From the human T2T-CHM13v2.0 reference genome, Homo sapiens: DNA of 64,000 nt. Shown here piece by piece: positions 45,501 through 55,400 of the stretch. Position 1 is the first letter of the stretch, and each line of letters opens with the position of its first letter. The stretch is from assembly GCF_009914755.1 (NCBI RefSeq), contig NC_060928.1. The stretch is one strand, 5' to 3'. The notes under the pieces were generated by a model, which made no database searches, was not told where the DNA came from, and worked only from the letters and a program-made list of their open reading frames with translations. A program made the translations under genes and the position numbers.

Positions 45501-48280
45501 ATGCTATATATAGTTTGGGTATTTTGATATTTTATGTCCAGTATAAAATAAAAAGTTTTGGTAATTTGATATTTTATGTACATTGTATCGTTTGAGTACT
45601 TTGATATTTAATGTACAGTTTATTATAAATGTTCGGGTGCTTTCATATTTTATGTACAGTATATAATACATACTTTGAGCACTTTAATATTTTATGTACA
45701 GTATATAATACATACTTTGGGTAATTTGATATTTTATGTACAGTATATAACACATACATTGGGTACTTTGATATTTTATGTACAGTATATAATATATAGT
45801 TTGGGTACTTTGATATTTTATATACAGTATATAATATATATTATGTGTACTTTGATATATTATGTACAGTATATAATATATAGTTTGAGTAATTTGATAT
45901 TTTATGTACAGTATACAATATATAGTATTGGTACTTTGATATTTCATGTAAAGTATATTTTGAGTACTTTGATATTTTATATACAGTTTATTATAAATGT
46001 TTGGGTACCTTCATATTTTATGTACAGTATATAATACATATTTTGGGAACTTTTATTTTATGTGCAGTATATAATACATACATTGGGTACTTTGATATTT
46101 TATGTACAGTATATAATACACACTTTGGGTACTTTGATATTTTATGTACAGTATATAATACATACTTTGGGTACTTTGATGTATTATGTACAGTATATAA
46201 TACATACTTTGGGTACTTTGATATTTTATGTACAGTATATTATACGTACTTTGGGTACTTTGATATTTTATGTACAGTATATAATACATACTTTGGGTAC
46301 TTTAATATTTTATGTATAGTATATAATACCTACTTTGGGTACTTTCATATTTTTTGGACAGTATATAATACATGCTTTGGGTAAGTTGATATTTTATGTA
46401 CAGTATATAATATATAGTTTGGGTACTTTAATATTTTATATACAGTATATAATACATACTTTGGGTACTTTGATATTTTCTGTACAGTATATAATGCATA
46501 CTTTGGGTACTTTGATATTTTATGTACAGTATATAATGCATACTTTGGGTACTTTCATATTTTATGTACAGTATATAATAAATACTTTGGGTACTTTGAT
46601 ATTTTATGTACAGTATATAATATATAGTTTGGGTAATTTGATATTTTATGTACAGTATTTAATACATACTTTGCGTACTTTGATATTTTATGTACAGTAT
46701 ATAATACATACTTTGGGTACTTTGATATTTTATGTACAGTATACGATATATAGTTTGAGTAATTTGCTATTTTATGTCCCGTATAAAATATATAATTTAG
46801 GTACTTTGATATTTTATGTACAGAACATAGTTTGAGTACTTTGATATTTTATGTACACTTTATTATAAATGTTTGGGTACTTTCATATTTTATGTGCAGT
46901 ATATAATACATATTTTGGGCACTTGAATAATTTATGTACAGTATAAAATACATTCTCTGGGTTCTTTGATATTTTATGTACAGTATATAATACATACTTT
47001 GGGTACTTTGATACTTTAAGTACAGTATATAATACATACTTTGGGTACTTTGATATTTTATGTAGAGTACATAATACATGTTTCGGGTACTTTGATATTT
47101 TATGTACTGTATATAATATATAGTTTGTGGACTTTCATATTTTATGTAGAGTATATAATACATACTTTGGGTACTTTGATATATTATGTACAGTATATAA
47201 TATATAGTTTGGGTACCTTTATATTTTATGTACAGTATATAGTACATAGGTTGGGTACTTTGATATTTTATATACAGTTTATAATACATATTTTGGGTAC
47301 TTCGATATTTTATGGACAGTATACTATATATAGTTTGGGTACTTTGATATTTTATGTCCAGTATAAAATAAATAGTTTTGGTACTTTCATATTTTATGTA
47401 CAGTATATAGTTTGAGTATTGTGATATTTTATGTACACTTTATTATAAATGTTTGGGTGTTTCATATTTCATGTACAGTATATAATACATAATTTGGGCA
47501 CTTTGATATTTTATGTACAGTATATAATACATACCTTGGGTACTTTGATATTTTATGTACATTATATAATACATACTCAGGGTATTTCGATATTTTATGG
47601 ACAGTATAGTATATATAGTTTGGGTACTTTGATATTTTATTTCCCGTATAAAATAAATAGTTTTGGTAGTTTCATATTTTATGTACAGTATATAGTTTGA
47701 GTACTGTGATATTTTATGTACAGTTTATTATAAATATTTGGGTGTTTCATATTTCATGTACAGTATATAATACATAATTTGGGCCCTTTGATATTTTATG
47801 AAGAGTATATAATACATACATTGGGTACTTTGATATTTTATGTACAGTGTATAATACATACATTGTGTTCTTTGATATTTTCTGTACAGTATATAATACA
47901 CATTTTGGGTACTTTGATATTTTATGTACAGTATATAATACATACTTTGGGTACTGTGATATTTTATGTACAGTATATAATGCATACTTTGGGTAATTTT
48001 ATAGTTTATGTACAGTATATAATACATAATTTGGGTACTTTTATATGTACATTATAAAATGCATACTTTGCGTACTTTGATAGTTTATGTACAGTATATA
48101 ATACATACTTTGGGTATTTTGATATTTTATGTACAGTATATAATATATAGTTTGGGTACTTTGATATTTTAAGTACAGTATATAATACATACTTTGGGTA
48201 CTTTGATATTTTATGTACAGTATATAAAACATATTTTGGGTACTTTGATATATTACGTACAGTATATACTACATACTTTG

Positions 48281-48300
48281 GGTAATTTGGTGGACATTTG
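48281..48300. other. HSat1A / alpha-satellite junction
   Basis: ...ACATACTTTGGGTAATTTG|GTGGACATTTGCAGCGCTTTGAGG...: satellite I sequence stops at 48289 and alpha satellite begins mid-monomer at 48290, with no intervening sequence. Confidence 0.95.
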
Positions 48301-48655
48301 CAGCGCTTTGAGGCCTATGTTGAAAAAGGAAATATCTTCTCATAAAAACCAGAAACAAGCATTCTCAGAAAGTTATTTTTGATGTGTGTACTCAAGTAAC
48401 AGAGTTGAACCTTATTTTTGACACAGCAGTTTTTAAACAATCTTTTTGTAGAATCTTCAAGTGGATATTTGGATAGCTTTGAGGATTTCATTGGAAACGG
48501 GTTATCTTCATATTAAATCTAGACAGAAGCATTCTCAGAAACTTCTTTGTGCTGTATGTCCTCAATTCACAGAGTTGAACCTTTGTTTGGATACAACATT
48601 TTGGAAACATTCCTTTAGTAGAATCTGCAAGTTGATATTTAGATAGCTTTGAAGA

Positions 48656-48672
48656 TTTCGTTGGAAACGGGA
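48656..48672 (+). promoter_or_regulatory. CENP-B box (first intact box after the junction)
   Basis: TTTCGTTGGAAACGGGA matches the nTTCGnnnnAnnCGGGn core. Similar intact boxes lie at about 49676, 50524, 50865, 51035, 51715 and onward to 63703. Confidence 0.92.
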
Positions 48673-50186
48673 ATATCTTCGTAAAAAATCTAGACGGAAG
48701 CATTGCCAGAAACTGCTTTGTGATGTTTCCATTCAAGTCACAGAATTAAATATTCTTTTATAGAGCAGGTTTGAAACACTCTTTCTGCACTACCCGGAAG
48801 TGGAGATTTCTAGCGCTTTGAGGCCTATGGTGAGAAAGGAAATATCTTCCCATAAAAACTAGACAGAAGCCTTCTCAGAAACTTGTTTGAGATGTGTGTA
48901 TTCAACTAACAGAGTTGAACATTTCTTTTTACAGAGCAGTTTTAAAACACTCTTTTTGTGGAATCTGAAAGCGGATAATTGGGTAGCTTTGTGGATTTCG
49001 TTGGAAAAGGGATTACCTATAAAATCTAGAGAGAAGCATTCTCAGGAACTACTTTCTGATGTTTGCATTCAAGTCACAGAATTGAACATTCCTTTTCATA
49101 GTGCAGGTTTGAAACACTCTTTCTGTAGTATCTGGAAGTGGACATTTCAAGCGCTTTCAGGCCTATGGAGAGAAAGGAAATATCTTCAAATAAAAACTAG
49201 ACAGAAGGATTCTCAGAAACTTATTTGTGAGGTGTGTCCTAAACGAACACAGTTGAATCTTTGTTTTGATACAGCATTTTGGAAACACTCCTTTTGTAGA
49301 ATCTGCAGGTGGATATTTGGATAGATTTTAAGATTTCACTAGAAACGGGAATTTCTGCATATAAACTCAAGACAGATGCATTCTCAGAAACTTCTCTGTG
49401 ATGTCTGCATTCCACTCATAGAGTTGAAAACTTCCTTTCATAGAGCAGTTTTGAAACACTCTTTTTGTAATATTTGCAAGTGGACATTTGCAGCGCTTTG
49501 AGGCCTATGGTGAAAAAGGAAATATCTTCTCATAAAAACCAGAAACAAGCATTCTCAGAAACTTCTTTTTGATGTGTGTACTCAAGTAACAGAGTTGAAC
49601 CTTCCTTTTGACACAGCAGTTTTGAAACAATCTTTTTGTAGAATCTGCAAGTGGATATTTGGATACCTTTGAGGATTTCGTTGGAAACGGGATATCTTCA
49701 TATAAAACCTAGACAGAAGCATTCTCAGAAAGTTCTTTGTGCTGTATGTCCTCAATTAACAGAGTTGAACCATGGCTTGGATACAGCATTTTGGAAACAT
49801 TCCTTTAGTAGAATCTGCAAGTTGATATTTAGATAGATTTGAAGATTTCGTTGGAAACGGAAATATCTTCATATAAAATCTAGACGGAAGCATTCTCAGA
49901 AACTGCTTTGTGATGTTTCCATTCAAGTCACAGAGTTGAATATTCTCTTTTATAGAGCACGTTTGAAACACTCTTTCTGCACTATCTGGAAGTGGACATT
50001 TCGAGCGCTTTGAGGCCCATGGTGAAAAAGGAAATATCTTCCCATAAAAACTAGACAGAAATATTCTCAGAAACTTGTTTTGATGTGTGTATTAAACTAA
50101 CAGAGTTGAACTTTTGTTTTTACAGAGCAGTTTTAAAACACTCTTTTTCTGGAATCAGAAAGTGGATATTCGGATGGCTCTGAGGA

Positions 50187-50203
50187 TTTCGTTGGAAGCG
50201 GGA
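50187..50203 (+). promoter_or_regulatory. CENP-B box, AAGCGGG variant
   Basis: TTTCGTTGGAAGCGGGA with an intact core. It marks one monomer type that recurs at about 52569, 55120, 57670 and 61582. Confidence 0.9.
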
Positions 50204-52442
50204 TTACATATAAAATCTAGAGAGAAGCTTTCTCAGGAACTTCTTTGTGATGTTTGCATTCAAGTCACAGAATTGAATATTCACTTTTATAGAGCAGGTT
50301 TGAAACACTCATTCTGTAGTATCTGGAAGTGGACTTTTCAAGCGCTTTCAGGCCTATGGTGAGAAAGGAAATATCTTCAAATAAAAACTAGACAGAAGCA
50401 TTCTCAGAAACTTATTTATGATGTGTGTCCTCAACTAACAGAGTTGAACCTTGGTTTAGATACAGCATTTTGGAAACACTCCTTTGTAGAATCTGCAGGT
50501 GGATATGTGGATAGCTTTGAAGATTTCGTTGGAAACGGGAATTTCTTCATATAAAATCAAACAGAAGCATTCTCAGAAACTTCTCTGTGACGTTTGCATT
50601 CAGCTCATGGAGTTGAACACTTCCTTTCATAGAGCAGGTTTTAAACACTCTTTCTGCACTACCTGGAAGTGGACATTTCGAGCACTTTGAGGCCTATGGT
50701 GAAAAAGGAAATATCTTCTCATAAAAACCAGAAATAAGCATTCTCAGAAACTTCTTTGTGTTGTGTATACTCATGTAACAGTGTTGAACCTTCCTTTTGA
50801 CAGAGCAGTTTTGAAACACTCTTTTTGTAGAATCTGCAAGTGGATATTTGGATAGCATTGAGGATTTCGTTGGAAACGGGATATATTCATATTAAATCTA
50901 GACAGGAGCATTCTCAGAAACTTCTTTGTGCTGTATGTCCTCAATTAACAGAGTTGAACCTTTGTTTGGATACAGCACTTTGGAAACATTCCTTTAGTAG
51001 AATCTGCAAGTTGATATTTAGATAGCTTTGAAGATTTCGTTGGAAACGGGAATATCTTCATATAAAATCTAGACGGAAGCATTCTCAGAAACTGCTTTGT
51101 GATGTTTGCATTCAAGTCACAGAGTTGAATATTCGCTTTTATAGAGCAGGTTTGAAACACTCTTTCCGGACTTCTTGGAAGTGGACATTTCGAGCACATT
51201 GAGGCCTATGGTGAAAAAGGAAATATCTTCCCATAAAAACTAGACGGAAGCCGTCTCAGAAACTTGTTTGAGATGTGTGTATTCAACTAGGAGAGTTGAA
51301 CATTTCTTTTTACAGAGCAGTTTTAAAACCCTCTTTTTGTGGAATATGAAAGTGGATATTTGGATAGCTTTGAGGATTTCGTTGGAAACGTGATGACATA
51401 TAATATCTAGAGAGAAGCATTCTGAGGAACTTCTTTGTGATATTTGCATTCAAGTCACAGAATTGAACATTCCCTTTCATAGAGCAGGTTTGAAACACTC
51501 TTTCTCTAGTATCTGGAAGTGGACATTTCAAGCGCTTTCAGGCCTATGGAGAGAAAGGAAATAACTTCAAATAAAAACTAGACAGAAGGATTCTCAGAAA
51601 CTTATTTGTGATGTGTGTCCTAAACGAACACAGTTGAACCTTTGTTTTGATACAGCATTTTGGAAACACTCCCTTTGTAGAATCTGCAGGTGGATATTTG
51701 GATAGATTTTAAGATTTCGTTGGAAACGGGAATATCTTCATATAAACTCAAGACAGATGCATCCTCAGAAACTTCTCTGTGATGTTTGCATTCCACTCAG
51801 AGAGTTGAAAACTTCCTTTCATAGAGCAGGTTTGAAACACTCCTTTTGTAATATTTGGAAGTGGACATTTGCAGCGCTTTGAGGCCTATGGTGAAAAAGG
51901 AAATATCTTCTCATAAAAACCAGAAACAAGCATTCTCAGAAACTTCTTTTTGATGTGTGTACTCAAGTAACAGAGTTGAAGCTTCCTTTTGACACAGCAG
52001 TTTTGAAACAATCTTTTTGTAGAATCTGCAAGTGGATATTTGGATACCTTTGAGGATTTCGTTGGAAACGGGATATCTTCATATAAAATCTAGACAGAAG
52101 CATTCTCAGAAACTACTTTGTGCTGTATGTCCTCAATTAACAGAGTTGAACCATTGCTTGGATATAGCATTTTGGAAACATTCCTTTAGTAGAATCTGCA
52201 AGTTGATATTTAGATAGATTTGAAGATTTCGTTGGAAACGGGAATATCTTCATATAAAATCTAGACGGAGGCAATCTCAGAAACTGCTTTGTGATGTTTC
52301 CTTTCAAGTCACAGAGTTGAATATTCCCTTTTATAGAGCACGTTTGAAACACTCTTTCTGCACTATCTGGAAGTGGACATTTCGAGCGCTTTTAGGCCTA
52401 TGGTGAAAAAGGAAATATCTTCCCATAAAAACTAGACAGAAG

Positions 52443-55400
52443 CATTCTCAGAAACTTGTTTGTGATGTGTGTATTCAACTAACAGAGTTGAACTTTTGTT
52501 TTTACAGAGCAGTTTTAAAACACTCTTTTTGTGGAATCAGAAAGTGGATATTCGGATGGCTCGGAGGATTTCGTTGGAAGCGGGATTATATATAAAATCT
52601 AGAGAGAAGCATTCTCAGGAACTTCTTTGTGATGTTTGCATTGAAGTCACAGAATTGAACATTCACTTTGATAGAGCAGGTTTGAAACACTCATTCTGTA
52701 GTATCTGGAAGTGGACATTTCAAGTGCTTTCAGGCCTATGGGGAGAAAGGAAATATCTTCTAATAAAAAATAGACAGAAGCATCCTCAGAAACTTATTTG
52801 TGATGTGTGTCCTCAACTAACAGAGTTGAAACTTTGTTTTGCTACCGCATTTTGGAAACACTCTTTTTGTAGAATCTGCAGGTGGATATTTGGATAGCTT
52901 AGAGGGATTCGTTGGAAAGGGGATATCTTCATATAAAATCTAGACAGAAGCATTCTCAGAAACTTATTTGTGATGTGTGTCCTCAACTAACAGAGTTGAA
53001 CCTTGGTTTTGATACAGCAGTTTGGAAACACTCCTTTTATAGAATCTGCAGGTGGATATGTGGATAGCTTTGAAGATTTCGTTGGAAACGGGAATTTCTT
53101 CATATAAAATCAAACAGAAGCATTCTCACAAACTTCTCTGTGATGTTTGCATTCAGCTCATGGAGTTGAACACTTCCTTTCATAGAGCAGGTTTTAAACA
53201 CTCTTTCTGCACTACCTGGAAGTGGACATTTCGAGCAATTTGAGGCCTATGGTGAAAAAGGAAATATCTTCTCATAAAAACCGGAAAGAAGCATTCTCAG
53301 AAACTTCTTTGTGTTGTGTATACTCATGTAACAGTGTTGAACCTTCCTTTTGACAGAGCAGTTTTGAAACACTCTTTTTGTAGAATCTGCAAGTGGATAT
53401 TTGGATAGCATTGAGGATTTCGTTGGAAACGGGATATCTTCATATTAAATCTAGACAGGAGCATTCTCAGAAACTTCTTTGTGCTGTATGTCCTCAATTA
53501 ACAGAGTTGAACCTTTGTTTGTATACAGCACTTTGGAAACATTCCTTTAGTAGAATCTGCAAGTTGATATTTAGATAGCTTTGAAGATTTCGTTGGAAAC
53601 GGGAATATCTTCATATAAAATCTAGACGGAAACATTCTCAGAAACTGCTTTGTGATGTTTGCATTCAAGTCACAGAGTTGAATATTCGCTTTTATAGAGC
53701 AGGTTTGAAACACTCTTTCCGGACTTCTTGGAAGTGGACATTTCGAGCGCTTTGAGGCCTATGGTGAAAAAGGAAATATCTTCCCATAAAAACTAGACGG
53801 AAGCCTTCTCAGAAACTTGTTTGAGATGTGTGTATTCAACTAGGAGAGTTGAACATTTCTTTTTACAGAGCAGTTTTAAAACACTCTTTTTGTGGAATCT
53901 GAAAGTGGATATTTGGATAGCTTTGAGGATTTCCTTGGAAATGGGATGACATATAATATCTAGAGAGAAGCATTCTGAGGAACTTCTTTGTGATGTTTGC
54001 ATTCAAGTCACAGAATTGAACATTCCCTTTCATAGAGCAGGTTTGAAACACTCTCTCTAGTATCTGGAAGTTGACATTTCAAGCGCTTTCAGGCCTATGG
54101 AGAGAAAGGAAATACCTTCAAATAAAACTAGACAGAAGCATCCTCAGAAACTTATTTGTGATGTGTGTCCTCAACTAACAGAGTTAAACCTTTGTTTTGA
54201 TACAGCATTTTCGAAACACTCCTTTTGTAGAATCTGCAGGTGGATATTTGGATAGCTTTGAAGATTTCGTTGGAAACCGGAATATCTTCATATAAAATCA
54301 AGACAGAAGCATTCTCGGAAACATCTCTGTGATGTTTGTATTCAACTCAGTAGAGTTGAACACTTCCTTTTATAGAGCAGGTTTGAAACACTCTTTCTGC
54401 ACTACCTGGAAGGGGACATTTCGAGCGCTTTGTGGCCTATGGTGAAAAAGGAAATATCTTCTCATAAAAATCAGAAAGAAGCATTCTCAGAAACTTCTTT
54501 GTGTTGTGTGTACTCAAGTAACAGTGTTGAACCTTCCTTTTGACAGAGCAGTTTTGAAACACTCTTTTGGTAGAATCTGCAAGTGGATATTTGGATAGCT
54601 TTGAGGATTTCGTTGGAAACGGGTTATCTTCATATAAAATCCAGACAGGAGCATTCTCAGAAACTTCTTTGTGCTGTATGTCCTCAATTCACAGAGCTGA
54701 ACCTTTGTTTGGATACAGCATTTTGGAAACATTCCTTTAGGAGAATCTGCAAGTTGATATTTAGATAGCTTTGAAGATTTCGTTGGAAACGGGAATATCT
54801 TCATAGAAAATCTAGATGGAAGCATTCTCAGAAAATGCTTTGTGATGTTTGCATTCAAGTCACAGAGTTGAATATTCCCTTTTATAGAGTAGGTTTGAAA
54901 CACTCTTTCGGCCCTACCTGGAAATGGATATTTCGAGCTCTTTGAGGCCTATGGTGAAAAAGGAAATATCTTCCCATAAAAACTAGACAGAAGCATTCTC
55001 AGAAACTTGTTTGTGATGTGTGTATTCAACTAACAGAGTTGAACTTTTGTTTTTACAGAGCAGTTTTAAAACACTCTTTTTGTGGAATCAGAAAGTGGAT
55101 ATTCGGATGGCTTTGAGGATTTCGTTGGAAGCGGGATTACATATAAAATCTAGAGAGAAGCATTCTCAGGAACTTCTTTGTGATGTTTGCATTGAAGTCA
55201 CAGAATTGAACCTTCACTTTGATAGAGCAGGTTTGAAACACTCATTCTGTAGTATCTGGAAGTGGACATTTCAAGCGCTTTCAGGCCTATGGTGAGAAAG
55301 GAAATATCTTCTAATAAAAAATAGACAGAAGCATCCTCAGAAACTTATTTGTGATGTGTGTCCTCAACTAACAGAGTTGAAACTTTGTTTTGCTACCGCA

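Larger units (their letters stand above)
1..48289 (+). repeat. Human Satellite 1A (HSat1A / SAR / classical satellite I) tandem array, 42-bp unit
   Basis: Consensus ACATACTTTGGGTACTTTGATATTTTATGTACAGTATATAAT (42 bp, about 24% GC) repeats continuously. Two GTAC (RsaI) sites per unit give alternating 17- and 25-bp fragments, the established hallmark of human satellite I. The T-rich strand is on + throughout and I saw no inversion or foreign insertion. The array runs off the left edge of the window. Confidence 0.97.

Noticed and set aside
1-47760. CRISPR-like appearance (conserved cassette separated by variable blocks)
   Set aside because: The intervening blocks are themselves tandem 42-mers, not unique spacers. 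There are no cas genes or leader, and the context is primate centromeric satellite.
48194-48382. ORF spanning the HSat1A/alpha junction
   Set aside because: Chance in-frame read-through of 62 codons from a TTG start, with no support for expression.
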